Below are positions 1-13,830 of a stretch of 64,000 bases of DNA, one piece after another. Position 1 is the first letter of the stretch. Each line of letters begins with the position of its first letter. A model generated the notes under the pieces. It did no database searches, had not been told where the DNA came from, and was given only the letters and a program-made list of their open reading frames with translations. The translations under genes and the position numbers were made by a program. This DNA comes from Octopus sinensis (lineage: Eukaryota): assembly GCF_006345805.1 (NCBI RefSeq), contig NC_042997.1:152706001-152770000 (forward strand). The letters run 5' to 3'.

Positions 1-200
1 ATACTTCACGCGGTTAGCGAAGGGGGAGGTATTGTTTTCAGTCAAATTTGTTGGTTTTACTTTGGACAAGATATCTCAAGAACCGCTGAATGCATTCTGA
101 TGAAACTTTCAGGGATGTTTGGCCATGTGACTGCACGAAGTGATGAGGTTTTGGGATCGAACCGGTACCGGACAAGGATTCTGGATTATTTGAACAATTT
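1..200 (+). mobile_element. Non-autonomous DNA element fragment (Crypton-V/Helentron-HINE-like)
   Basis: Motif string GGAGGTATTGTTTTC...GATATCTCAAGAAC...TGATGAAACTTTCAGGGATG resembles the conserved 5' part of these non-autonomous families; no ORF; truncated by the window edge. Confidence 0.35.
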
Positions 201-254
201 ACTTTGCTTTACACGAAGTATTACAATCTTACGTTCTTTCAAGTCTTTCTTAGT

Positions 255-1043
255 TGTCTCCATTTCGGTCACCATTAACAAGGGTGACCGAAAAGAATAC
301 TGAAAGCCTAATCATCGCGGCCCAGGACCAGGCATTGAATACTAACTCAGTGAAAAAGAATATATACCACACAAGTGCATCGGACCTCAGCAGATTGTGT
401 GGGAAGAGGGTCGAAAGTGTGACTCCCATTGTTAGTGCCTGTGAAAGTCTTGCACAGAAAGAGTACAAGCGTAGACACGGCAAAGTAGCCCAAAACCTCC
501 ACTGGTTGCTAAGATGTAAGTATGGATATGAGGTTACGGATGCTTAGTACCAACATACACCGGAAAAGGTAATGGACGAAAAGGGAAGGCAAAAACCCTC
601 TGGGACTTTGATTTCCAAACAAAGTCTTAGAGCACCGAAAGCCGGATATAGTAACCTTTAGGAGGGACAAACAAGAGTGCCTAAAAATCGACGCTGCAGT
701 GCCAGGAGACCAACATATCATCATGAAAGAAAGAGAAAAAGTTGATAAATATGGAGACCTGAGAATTGAGATCGCTAAGATGTGGCAGCTATGAGAGTCG
801 AACATAAAGGTCATCCCTATATTCATCGGAGCATTGGGTTCAATACCACCCAATCTGAAAAAAAAAACATCTGAAAATTTCAGAGATACACTACAATCTA
901 GATGTACTTGGAATTGCACGCATATTGCGTAAAGTACTGTCTGTCTGAGGTCCTTGTTGTGACTTGACATACTGTACAAAACCTTGGTAGACACAATATC
1001 ATCAAGAAACAACCTCACGATATTGTGTATCTTGTACGACGTC
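255..1043 (+). mobile_element. Degraded R4/Dong-like LINE 3' fragment (zinc knuckle + RLE)
   Basis: ESLIIAAQDQAL..(C)RLCGKRVESVTPIVSAC..YKRRHGKVA, then across frameshifts KPDIV..IDAAVPGD..EKVDKYGDL..IFIGALG; ends in (AAT)n. Confidence 0.85.
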
Positions 1044-1107
<64 letters not shown>

Positions 1108-1141
1108 TAATAATAACAATAGTAATAATAATAATAATAAT
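1044..1141 (+). repeat. (AAT)n microsatellite, tail/target of R4/Dong elements
   Basis: Direct reading. Confidence 0.95.
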
Positions 1142-1445
1142 AAATACAAAGACCTGGAAATAGAGGTAACCAGAATGTGGAATCTAAAAACAGAAACAAT
1201 TCCTATCATAGTAGGTGCATTAGGCATGATAAAAAAATATTCAGACAAATACATAACAAAAACACCAGGACTTACAAACACATATAACATACAGAAAATT
1301 GCACTACTAGGCACTGCACACATCCTACGCAGAACACTTTCCATACAATAACCATCAGAGCATCACATCAAATCACAGCACATACCCAAGGAACACAGAG
1401 CTGCGCTCGGTAGTGAAGTGAAAGCACGCTATAAAAAGAACAATG

Positions 1446-1480
<35 letters not shown>
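1142..1480 (+). mobile_element. Young 5'-truncated R4/Dong-like LINE copy (RLE C-terminus, 3'UTR, (AAT)n tail)
   Basis: Open frame KYKDLEIEVTRMWNLKTETIPIIVGALGMIKK..QKIALLGTAHILRRTLSIQ*, short UTR, (AAT)n at about 1447-1480. Confidence 0.9.
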
Positions 1481-1510
<30 letters not shown>

Positions 1511-1590
1511 AAGAAAAGAAGAAGAAGAAAAAGAAGAAGAAGAAGAAGAAGAAGAAGAAGAAGAAGAAGAAGAAAAAGAAGAAAAAGAAA
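1481..1590 (+). repeat. (AAG)n microsatellite
   Basis: Direct reading. Confidence 0.95.
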
Positions 1591-2299
1591 TTTGACCACC
1601 AAATCGGACACATGTATTTGGTGCTCATTCTACGTATCTGTCTTGTCCAGCTGCTAAGTTACAGGGTCGATTTCAAAGAAAAATATCCAGGTGCATGTAT
1701 GGAAAAAACGAGGCAACAACAATCAAGCTGCAATGATGATGTCATAACAAAATAGATTAAATATTTAATCACAGATATAACAAACAATGAACCTACATCG
1801 GTAAAGAAACTGTAACCTTTGCAGGATCAGAGCAACACAAATGAACACCTTCCTCTACGAAAGACTTTTCAACTCCTGGCTGACAAATAATTACCAGAGC
1901 TGGATATATTGATTAACCTGATTTCATAGATACAGGTGAAGATCTGTAAATACTCAGTATGATTTTAATTTCTATTAATCCGTTTAATAAGATAGACTTC
2001 TTTTCAGTTCAAACACATCAGTTTAATTCGTGCCGATAACGTCATGCAATTTTGTTATTTTAAATGTGAAAGCCGAGGAAGATTAAACCAACAAGAGATG
2101 ACTGAAATCGTCAATGTAATTGTTTCATTTGTATAACTTCTTTGAGTTAATGAATTTAATCTGTATATAATCACAATTAAAATTCAATTGTAGAAAAATA
2201 TCTGATTTGCTAATTTCGTAGCCATGACACATAACATATAAAATTATAACTTGTTAAATGATGTGTAGCTCACGTATTGTTAGTGTGGACTGGATATAT

Positions 2300-2975
2300 T
2301 CTCTCAGTACAGGTGAATTTGTTCTATTGTTGTATGATCTGGTCTATTAAGATATTCGTTAACTAATGTTGGTTTTGCACACAAGGTTTTTCTATTTAAA
2401 GGTTCCCCATCGGTTAAATCAAGATGCCCATAAAACAGGGAACACATCACATCTAACCACAAGCTCATAATTAGAATATATTGCAGAAATGTAAGAATGA
2501 AAAGTCTCAAACCTCTTCTTAAACTTGAATCGTCAAACTAACAAATTATGGAATGTACATACGAGAAGCCTCGTAAGTAATCATTTAAAAATAAACATCA
2601 GTACATTCTTGTCGGTTGACTATGCATTTACGAGAATAGTTCCTTACAACTCATTCTATTAAGGCATAGTGAAAAATGGGAAGAAAACATTAGTTAGTGG
2701 AACTGCTCTGTCATATAGAATCCCACGAAAAAAGAGAGAAGAACAATTATGGAAGCTCTACTAGATAAAGCAAAAATCAGTTCACGGATAAATTGCAACG
2801 TAAAATTAATCATAAAATTTATCAAGACTTAATCGTTGTATAATTTGAAATCTAACGTTAGCGTTTTCATATATCACAGCTATTCCCATGATATTGCGAG
2901 TGCTGATGCGAAAATGAAGGGATAACTATCACTTCATTCTGATGATGAGAACGTGAAATGTTAATTAGCTAACGG
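2300..2975 (+). mobile_element. Highly degraded Penelope-like element (GIY-YIG relic)
   Basis: Remnant peptides MYIREAS (YIGET-like) and RRTIMEALL, followed by a CTGATGA..GAAA motif at about 2939-2960. Confidence 0.4.
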
Positions 2976-3276
2976 ATTTAGAACTGATTTACTTCGTAGC
3001 TAAATATAAAGGACTACGAAGGATATATGAAATATTCTTTGTAAAAAAAAATAAACTCAAACATAGTCGTGTTATTGAGATAATGTGCATATAATTGTCC
3101 CCTATTTACGTATAGATATGCAGTTGTGATTGTGTGTGTGTGTATGTGTGTATGTGCATGGGTGTGTGTTTGCGTATGTGCGTGTGCTTATGTGTGCATT
3201 TGCACAAGTGTTTGCACGTGTGCGTGCGTCTGTCTCATAAACTTTTAATCTTGTCTTAAAGAAATATATATATGTA

Positions 3277-3316
<40 letters not shown>

Positions 3317-3714
3317 AATATTTTGTAAATATGTATTTCTGAAAAGTGATTCTGAAGATCACATGATAAACACTTATTTTTGTTCTAAATTTCGATCATG
3401 AAATAGTAAGGAGTATTTTGGCAAGTTTGAAATTAAACATTAAGATAGTGTAAGTGTGTGTGTGTGTGTATGCGTGTTTGCACGCGCATACATACATTTA
3501 CACACACACTCATTCACACACATTCACACATGCACACACACATACACACACATGCACACACATACACACATCTATGTATACACATGAAATGTAATTTTTA
3601 TAACTTAACGATGATATACTGTAAGTATATTCACGTTAAATAAGATACATCGATTACTATTCGGAAGCAATACTTCTTTGGTCACTAATAATGAATGTCT
3701 GTGTGTGTGTACAT

Positions 3715-3745
<31 letters not shown>

Positions 3746-5310
3746 CGTGTATTAACCTTTATATCATACTTAACGTTGATGCTTCATAGGCGCACAGTAA
3801 TATCGCAGTACTCATACAGACTTGTTACTTCTGATAAGGAATTATAAAATGATATAAAAACCGAGTAAGAATTGAAATTTCGCCGAAACGTTATGGTTTT
3901 CAGTGCGAATGCCTCTTCCTCTATTGGACGAGTATGGATTACTCTGAGATGATATGGATTATTTTGAAATTTCGAAGACGCACCTGTTTCGCCCCTGCCA
4001 AGAGAATTTAAAATTTTTAATCTTTAATTAGAAACTTGTTTATTTTCCCTCTTCTAATTTATGATTATAATCTGCTTGATTGGAATATAGAATACAGAAA
4101 ATTGTTTATCGTTTGATCTTTAAATTTCATTGCTACGGCCTAATTTTACTTAAGTAAGTACTCAGGCGCGCGAACACGCACACCTACACACGTACACACA
4201 CACATACATACACGAACGCGCATACACATACACACATGCATATACGCACACACGCACTCTCACTCCCACACGCTCGTATATATAAATACATATATATCTG
4301 TGTGTGTGTGTGTGTGTATGTGTGTGTGTGTTTATGTGTGAGTATGCTACATACCCTTGCCTTTAATACACTGAATTATGTATGTCATATATATGTATTT
4401 GCAAACATACATTTATGTATTTATTAATATATATATATAAGTTAATATTCATTCAGCTCCCTTACAGATAGCAAAAGATTAGATTTTTCCCCTTCAATAT
4501 GAAATATTTCTGTTCGTGCTTGTTGTGTAAGATTAAGCACTCATTCGTCTGTATTTTTTAAGTGCTCAAGATTTCATACAATGATAAGAGTAGCAAAAGA
4601 AAAAAAAAGGATATGCACTTCATTGAAATTGGAGAGGTCTCTGGAGCTTAATGGTACCAGAAGCCAAATTAAAAAGACAGAAAATGAGGTCTTTTCGTAG
4701 TTGCTTTCGCTTGGGTGGCGAATTAGTAGAGTCGTTAGAATATCGGATACAATATCCTGCGATATTTCTTTTGGTACTCGAGGTTCTGAGTTCACATACA
4801 AGGAAAGTCAACTTTAGCTTTCGTTTTTTCGGGTTTGTTAAAAAGAAAAGGAACAATCCCTCACGGTAGATTCGTGGAACTATACGAACGTTAGACCAAA
4901 TGCCTCATGGTCTTTATTCGGCAATTTGCGTTATGTATCAAAATCCTGCTGCAGCGTACTCGAGAAGTACGCCTGGTTTAACCCAACACCACCTATTGCA
5001 AACTTTCGAGCTAAGTGTCTGTTTAGAGGAGACCATATTTTCTCGTCTCACTAGTCATTATGAAATCCATGTGAAGCGTGGTGTGATGGGCAATTCCTAT
5101 GTTCTAGACTGAAAAAAGTTTTTAAAACCTCAGATCAACCTTTATCAAGGAGATCTATTACTAAATATGTTCCGGTCGTGACACTTTATTTATTTATTTG
5201 AAATTGCATTGGCCAATTTGTCATTCGTTTTCTAAAACCAATAGGGTGTGAATTGAAGCTGTGTACAGTCCACATGATTCGGCAATAAACAGTAATCAAA
5301 ACCGATGGTA

Positions 5311-5411
5311 AGCTGGCAGAATCATTAGCAAGTTGAATAAAATGTTTAGCAGGATTTCTTCCAGCTTTGTTCTGAGTTCGAATTCCACAGAGGCCAACTT
5401 CGACTTTTCAC
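5311..5411 (+). mobile_element. Truncated Nin/Deu-type SINE 5' part
   Basis: AGCTGGCAGAATCATTAGCA...TTCTGAGTTCGAATTCC matches the heads at 20883 and 39817. Confidence 0.65.
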
Positions 5412-5604
5412 TGGTGGTGCTCCAGTGTGCTCACAGCCTTAGGGCTGAAACTTATAAAAGAGTAAATGATTAATTAATTTACACACACTAATGGGTTCCA
5501 GTTCTAGCATTTTATATCGATTAATTATTCCTGTGCTTAATAATGTAACAATGTTAAACCTATGGAATATAATAATGTAACAATTATTAAAACAACTATG
5601 AAAG

Positions 5605-5830
5605 CGCGTAAAATAGTGGTTAAGGTATTACACATTTGATCATGGTTTCGATTCATGGGTCAGTCAGTGAATTGAGTTCTTGAAACAAGCGCTTCATTTC
5701 TCATTGCAACAGTCCTGGGAAGTTAGCACTACAATAGTCTAGCGGCCTGTTCAGAGAGGTGTGTTGTGATCTGAGTCCCTTATATGCCACGGAATCTAAG
5801 CTCCGTCTTTATAAGTCTTTTAGCCTCATG
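5605..5830 (+). mobile_element. Degraded tRNA-derived SINE
   Basis: A box-like TAGTGGTTAAGG and B box-like GGTTTCGATTC; similar to the 17845 copy. Confidence 0.5.
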
Positions 5831-6120
5831 AAAGAAAAGCAAAGTCAAAGCAACTGAAACATCCACACATTGTGTTTCTTTCATATTTATCGTTTTACAA
5901 ATTTTATCGACAATGAAATTTTATTCATTGAAGAAATTTATGACAAATTTAAAAAGTCAGATTAATCTACACCAGAATCGGAACTTTATCTATAATTCAG
6001 TGAAATCTTAAGAATAACTCAGTTGCATTTGGACTTTATCATATGGTAATTTATAATTATGAGATCCCGAACACAGTGATTATTAAAAGCATTCATAAAA
6101 TGTATATTTCTAAAACAAAG

Positions 6121-6152
<32 letters not shown>

Positions 6153-6158
6153 CATACA

Positions 6159-6189
<31 letters not shown>

Positions 6190-6369
6190 CTTTTCAAAAA
6201 TGCTCATTATAATGCTACCTTTCACTAATGTCTAAAACTTAAAAGCAAGCATTCATGAAGTAAGCATATTTAATTTATGTAGTTACGTGGATTTGATTAT
6301 GAATGGTTCAGTATTTGAGAAAATTGAGAAAATATACAATTACACAATTACTTGATATTTGTGTGTGTA

Positions 6370-6417
<48 letters not shown>

Positions 6418-6922
6418 TGTGTGCACGCGTGTGTGTGTAGGTAAGAAGTAAAATCTCCATTTTAAAGATGTGACCGCTAGTCATATAATAAATATATTCA
6501 AACATAACAAAGTATACATCTCCCTAGAAGCAGCAGAGAGTAAGTAGAAATTCTTTATAGCGAGAAACATATGAAAGATATTCTGTTCTAAATTGGTTTC
6601 AAAATGGCTGAAGTTTATAGAAATGGGTAATTGATGCTAGACAGCCAAATTTTGCCTTATTTAAAATATTCGTAAATAATTTACTAGTGTACGGCAATTT
6701 GATGTAAGAGAACTCCAAATATGAGTTGAAGACATAATGTCGTATATTATTGTCATTAAAGAGAAACGCTGCTAAGAGAAATATTGTAACATATACTTGT
6801 AGAACGACGTTGTGAATAAATAAATTCTTAACAGACTACCAATTTAGATTCAATGATTATATAGTTTCTATATATTTAGAATGATTGTATATGTATAAGA
6901 GATTCAAGCTACCAGAATTTGT

Positions 6923-6965
<43 letters not shown>

Positions 6966-6980
6966 ATATATATATATATA

Positions 6981-8075
6981 GTGTCTGATGGAAATACCCG
7001 GGACCTCCGTTTTCAAGACGTCAGAACAGCACTAACTGAGAGCCAATATACACTCCCTTATAGACGATGGAATTAAGCGTCCCAAGAAATTAGGCATTAA
7101 AACACTAAGTGAAACAAAATGTAACACCACATCTCAAAACACTACCGTATATATCAACTCAAAACCCCAGAAACAACGAGGCATGCAACACTATTGTGAA
7201 AAATCTACCTATGCTCACTGGGATCCAAACTTGAACAGCATTCTGAAAACACATAGATTCATCAAATGCAAAAAAACAACACAAATCGCTGAAACGACTG
7301 GTGATAAATGCGAAGCTTTACACAACAATCACGAAACCGGTGGTTAAATGTGTATGCCCAAACTGTGGAACATGCTCCAACCTGTTGGAAGGTTCGGAAT
7401 TCCTACTCAAAGAGAGAGGTTTACAATTAAAGCCAACTTTACTTGTGCTAATTTATCTAATTTATGTTATAACTTGTTCAGGTTGTGGACATAACTGTAT
7501 GGGACTGACAAGTATGGCACTTAGACGGAGAACCACACTACATAAGGAACAGGTCCATTTTCCACAATACAGACAGATTTCTTTGAGTGAAGACATAGAG
7601 AGATGTGAAGGTAATACCCAATCAAACTTCAAAGTTTCCTTCATCTCACAGTGCAAAGAAACAATTTCTGTACAAAAACGTTTAAATAAGGAAAATGTAT
7701 TTATCCAAAATACAGAACACACCTAAATATGAACGCATAAACATCTTTGGTTTCAGTATATATTTCAAATCATGCTCACAAGCCCATCACTGTAAATACT
7801 TCATCCCACTACTTTAGCTTTTGAGGTTTTGCATATTTATCTATCCCCCCACCACACGCGCAAAATATAAACATTTACCTAACCTGTCCCGAATAATAAC
7901 GATCACCAATTACCCGAACTTAGATTATTTTTACATGCTGATTCATTTCATTCCCAAACTCCCATACACAACGTGGACTAAAATCTTAAGAAAATACGAA
8001 ATTACAATAATCTCAGTGTCATGATTCGCGAAAGCGAAACCGGTTAACAAACAAAATACTCTTTCAATTATAAAA
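6981..8075 (+). mobile_element. Penelope-like element 3' portion with GIY-YIG endonuclease relic
   Basis: ORF 7301-7726 has CxxxxCxTC then LIYVITCSGCGHNCMGLTSMALRRRTTLH (GIY-YIG pattern); degenerate hammerhead-like motif at about 8017-8049; flanked by (TA)n. Confidence 0.75.
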
Positions 8076-8128
8076 TATATTTAAAATATGTTAAATCTAT
8101 GTAAACTGTGTGTATTTTCCTCCTTTTG

Positions 8129-8182
<54 letters not shown>

Positions 8183-8585
8183 TATATATATGTTTGCATT
8201 ACAACTAACTACGTGGGGTAATCGAAATTCTTTTCCTCTTTAACTCTTACTAAATATATATATATATATTATATATATATATATATTATATATATATATA
8301 TATATATGAATTTGATATCTGGACTTAAGTATTCGCGGTTTTGAGCTACCCATACATCTTTTTAATATTTTCGATTTTGCAATGCATTGACTGTGAACAT
8401 GGTGGCCATTCATGTTGTCATTACCAGTAGCACGCTCGGAGCAAACCTAGATTTTACACATTTTGTTAAAATTTGAAATCATTTGAGCGTCAATTGGCTA
8501 TGTTATTAGACTACAAAATAATGTCAATTTTTTCTTTGGTAGTGGTGGTGGTGGGGTACACCTTGTATGTATATGTACGAGCGGG

Positions 8586-8618
<33 letters not shown>

Positions 8619-8701
8619 TGGCGTTGCTCCAGCATGGACACTGTCTTTGGGTTGAAACATATAAAAGGATAAAAGAATATATATATATGTTTGTGTGTCT
8701 G

Positions 8702-8733
<32 letters not shown>

Positions 8734-8742
8734 ATATATAAA

Positions 8743-8764
8743 GATAGATAGACAGACAGATAGG

Positions 8765-8846
<82 letters not shown>
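8743..8846 (+). repeat. (GATA)n microsatellite
   Basis: Direct reading. Confidence 0.95.
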
Positions 8847-8847
<1 letters not shown>

Positions 8848-9653
8848 TGGTTGTGAGTGTTGGTTACTATTTTTCTATTATTCGTCAATCATTCGTTTTC
8901 TAGTGTAAAAATTTACATTGACACTGTCTGCCATCAAATTTCTATTCAGTAATGTTAACTTACATTTTGTGAACATTTATACTAATGATCTATGCTATTC
9001 CTCTAAATGTTTTCGTTCGTGACAACGTCAAAACATTTTGATGTGAACAATATTCTTTCGTCCCACATCATGTCTTTCTTTTGTGTTTCTTCTCTCTCCC
9101 ACTCAGTCCATTCTTGATATTAGTTCTTTCTATCTCCCTCACTCTACTTTAATTTCTATGACTTCCTCGTTATTCGTACCGTCTCCCACTTCACATTGTA
9201 TTTAACAATATCCTCGCCATAGCCATGTCTCCCTTACTTTCTAATCATATCACTTTCAGAAATATTCACTTAGTCTATCGCTCTTCCAAGACATTCAAAG
9301 TTTTACTTTCTTTTTCTTCAAAATTCTGTATCTGGCTTTAATTGCATATGGTGGATTTTTTAGCTTGTAAAATGCCGTGTCACAATAAATTACCTTTCAA
9401 CATATTGTCACTGTCAGAGAAAACATTATGATAAACTACCGGCACGCTACTATTTTTAAAGTATAAAACAAGTATATGGAGGTGAGGTGTAGGGTGAAGG
9501 GGGGAAAACAGCAAATAAAATCCGTATCAAATCTTATGAGTTAAACTGCAGTAATATTCTGCATACAGTATTGATTTATATGTCAATAAATACACATGCA
9601 CACATACACACACACGCGCGCGCACGCACACATATATATAAATAATATATTCG

Positions 9654-9702
<49 letters not shown>

Positions 9703-9777
9703 GCATATATATATATATGTATGTGTACATGCATACATACATACATACATGTATATATATATACATGTGTGTGTGTG

Positions 9778-9856
<79 letters not shown>

Positions 9857-10367
9857 TTTAAAACAGGATAAAATTGTAAAATTAGAGGAAAACTGTAATG
9901 GTCTTTGCGAGTTTTAAAAATGGAACTAAATCTTTAAGAGACAGAAATGAAAGTAACATCTTTATTTGTTCTTAAACAATTAAACTGAGGATTGTATACA
10001 GAACATTTTAAATGTTGTCCTCCAAATGTCGTCTTATTCTCCCTCTCCTTCCTCTTTTTCTGCTTTTCTTTCTTTTCATACGCACGCGCGCACACACATG
10101 CATGTATGCATTTATATGCGTGTGTATATAGACAGATACATACATGCTTACATACATATAGAGATACATATATACACGCATACATATATGCTGGAAATAT
10201 TAACAATGCCAAAAGACAGCTGAAATTAATAACATTTTCAGCTGGCATAACAATGGAATTTGGCCAAAAGGAATGCACATATTAGATTGCTGAATGAGGA
10301 AAATTATTCCCCTCCCCCTAGACCCAAAGCGTTTGTATTAGTGGTTTCACTATCTCTCTTTTTCCAC

Positions 10368-11275
10368 GCTACAGGTACTTAGGCATTGATGAAATATATC
10401 ATAGCAAGGTACTGTGGATAAAGATAGACTGACCTAAGGATATTATACCAAATTAAAAATATATAGCAGATAGTACTCTCTTCTTACAAGATAATAACCC
10501 ACAATGCATTTGCAGTACCAGTGTTGATTCCAACTTTTGGGATACTTGACTGTTTTTTAACAGAAATCTTCTCCATAGGCCTGAAAACTCACAAGGTGCT
10601 GACATCAACTGGAAATCTCCACAGAAATAGTGATACCGACAGCGTCCCCCTAAGTAAAAGTATAGAGGGGAGAGGCTTCATATAAGTGCATACAGCATTC
10701 GAATGTCGTATAATCTCTCTCAGACAGCACTTGCTAAAGAACTGCAGAAAAATATATACATTAACTTAAGGCTAGAAAGTGGAGGAAACAATTTTCTACG
10801 TATCCTCAGGAAGCAAAAACTTCCTGGTGCTTTCCCATACAACCCCGAAACAAACGGACTGTCATGTCTCCAAAGAGACCTGGAGTTGAAACACTCAGCA
10901 TACAAAAAAAAAAAAGGACTCTGCATGGGTATGTTTCCCGAAAACTTAAAGAAAACAATATTAGTAGCATGAAGCAAAGGCTCTCTTGGACTTGTGACCG
11001 CTACACCACACAGTCAAGTCTACGCATTTGTAATACGAGATCAGAATATTGCTACGAAATACCTAATAAACAAAAGAGACTCTGATGCCTATAGAGTTCG
11101 AAGATGCGAAAAAATGTAGATTATATATTTTTGTGGAAGACGTCACACATGTGATTAGCAGCTACCCTAAAATGTCATCAAAGTACTACATCCCTTTGCG
11201 ACACGACGTTGTTGCAAAAAAAGAAACAATATCCAGTGCCATCCGGAACAGTAAAAATATGCAAGACAATTTTCA
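10368..11275 (+). mobile_element. Degraded RLE-type LINE (R4-like), RT C-terminus to zinc knuckle
   Basis: YRYLGIDE; NAFAVPVLIPTFGILD; HRNSDTD..GRG; LHGYV; KCRL..EDVTHVISSYPKMSSKYYIPLRHDVVAK, with frameshifts. Confidence 0.75.
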
Positions 11276-11394
11276 AGTATAAAATGTGACATTGTTTTCG
11301 TTATCTACATACCAAGGCTGGAACTTTGTATCATTGTTAGAAGCCATCTCTTACCTCAAACGAAGAATTTCAATTATCAAAAGAACATAAGAGA

Positions 11395-11486
11395 TACATA
11401 CATACATACATACATACATACATACATACATACATACATACATACATACATACATACATACATACATACATACATGCATACATATA
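11395..11486 (+). repeat. (CATA)n microsatellite
   Basis: Direct reading. Confidence 0.95.
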
Positions 11487-12103
11487 CGGCTGTGCTGTTG
11501 TACTGAGATATATAATTTTGCGTGGGAATAGATTAGGTGGGGACGGTGAGACTGTAAATGTAGAGAAAGTTAAATTATCAACAATGCAGTGGTGATTGAT
11601 TGGGAAAAGTAGACGGATGATCAAAAATATATTTGTTTGTGAATTTAGATATATTCATAGGAGAGGTTATAATGTACTGGTATGAGTCACTCCAGCTGTA
11701 GTAGGATGTGTTTGTTCGGAATTTTGTTGAGAATGGCTGGTAAAACTAGAACAAACTAGGTAAGAATAGTTTCTAAGTTTACCTACGGAATTGTAAGATT
11801 GGTAAGATAGGCTGTTGATTAGCAAACGTTTGTTTTCAAAGACTTAAATATAATAGCTTATCGTTTTTGGCAAAGAATAGTATCGAAATTTTGATGTCTG
11901 ACTCAGGATAGTAATTATTGGAGTATATTAGAGTAGGCTGCTATGTAGGAAAGTGTTCATAAGTAAACAATATATATATATATTAGTTTAAATCTAGATC
12001 GGAAAAAATATATGCCGACCAGCCTACACATAGAGATACCTACGAATAAATGCGTGCAAACTTTACCACACCATACACACACGCGCAAATATATATAATA
12101 TAT

Positions 12104-12151
<48 letters not shown>

Positions 12152-12504
12152 AGATAAGTAGAATTCTACTTATTATACAACATTACTCTTTTATGTACAT
12201 TCCTTTATGTACACTGATTTGTTCTGCATTTTTATGTTTAACCCTACAGTCTTTTATGTGGTGGTTTAATAAAGTATGTGATTGAGTATTATCTGGTAAT
12301 TGATATTTGATTTAGATGTATTTCTCCATTTTCTTATCTTGTATTAGTAATTTGTGGTAAATCATTTTACCTTTGCCCATATAATACAGTAAATGAATTG
12401 ATTGCATCGCAATCCTTAACTTTTATGTATTAACTTTGTTGGGTACTTCACTAGCAGTATATTGGATATATGTTATCCCATCATTTGTTATCCTATCTCA
12501 ATTT

Positions 12505-12516
12505 GTATATATATAT

Positions 12517-12560
<44 letters not shown>

Positions 12561-12645
12561 AAATATATATACACATATACATATACATATATACATATAC
12601 ATATACATATACATATATATATACATATATATATTATACATGTAC

Positions 12646-12742
<97 letters not shown>

Positions 12743-12755
12743 CACATACACACAG
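12505..12755 (+). repeat. Compound (TA)n/(CA)n microsatellite
   Basis: Direct reading. Confidence 0.95.
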
Positions 12756-12829
12756 TTATACTATATACGTATGCGAATTTATGACAATTGAGAGAAACAG
12801 ATACTACCTGATAACACCCTCTTGTGGGT

Positions 12830-13310
12830 ATCGGATATTGGTTGGGGTAAGTCGTTGTTTAAAGCTTGGCTATATACCTGATAGTATGCCGATTAAAGCA
12901 CTTTCACTCTCTATGGCTAACTGATATCATTCATAGTATTGATAGAAATGCCACTGCATTATTTTTTATTATTATGTCCGTGTTCATTAATTCCACAGTG
13001 TTCGTCAAGTATAGAACAAAGAAAAATAGAAAATGGATTTCACGAGATTCTTTATTAATCAAAGCAATCGTTTCGACCCGTATTACATTGGTCCCTCACC
13101 CGTGAGATACTGTACAACTGGTTTGTGGTGCATCATTCGTTGCAGGTATGTTATGTCCCGTAACTTTACAAAAGGTACCTCGCTGAATAAACTTGGTTTC
13201 GCTTGGTTCGATTATGTTTTAGAGAAACATCGAGTGTTAGTTTTTCATATATTGAATGTTATACATCGTGGAAACAGCCACAGGACCACGTTCCACTAAA
13301 CTCATTTTGT
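12830..13310 (-). mobile_element. Possible degraded Penelope-like GIY-YIG relic
   Basis: Minus strand gives [12 protein letters not shown], resembling a GIY-YIG C-terminus; heavily decayed. Confidence 0.3.
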
Positions 13311-13427
13311 GATACAACAAAAGAAACACATGCACACGCGCACACACACACACGTGCGCACATCCACCAACGCACACGCACACACATACCTGAGCGCGTG
13401 GAACAAATGTAGAAAGTTCTGTGCTAG

Positions 13428-13830
13428 ATATTCTTTTCTACTCTAGGCACAAGGCCCGAACCTTTGGGGAAGGGGGCCAGTCGATTAGATCGATCCCAGT
13501 ACGCAACTGGTACTTAATCTATCGACCCCGAAAGGATGAAAGACAAAGTTAACCTCGGTGGAATTTGTACCCAGAACGTCAAGACAGACGAAATACCTAT
13601 TTGTTTACTACCCACAAGGGGCTAAACACAGAGAGCACAAACAAGGACAGACAAACGGATTAAGTCTATTATATCGACCCCAGTGCGTAACTGGTACTTA
13701 TTTAATCGACCCCGAAAGGATGAAAGGCAAAGTCGACCTCGGCGGAATTTGAACTCAGAACGTACTGGCAGACGAAATGCCGCTAAGCATTTCGCCCGTC
13801 GTGCTAACGTTTCTGCCAGCTCGCCGCCTT
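13428..13830 (-). mobile_element. Nin/Deu-core tRNA SINE, dimeric composite
   Basis: Head GGCGAGCTGGCAGAAACGTTAGC at the 13830 end; two cores (G)CCTTTCATCCTTTCGGGGTCGAT..AAGTACCAG; two different tails. Confidence 0.85.

Noticed and set aside
509-1344. Minus-strand ORFs of 178 and 100 aa
   Set aside because: Antisense shadows of plus-strand LINE fragments
4560-4960. Possible mariner C-terminal relic (PHGLYSA resembling HPPYSPDLAP)
   Set aside because: Too degenerate to support by eye
11490-11960. Possible Penelope-like relic on the minus strand
   Set aside because: No diagnostic motif recoverable
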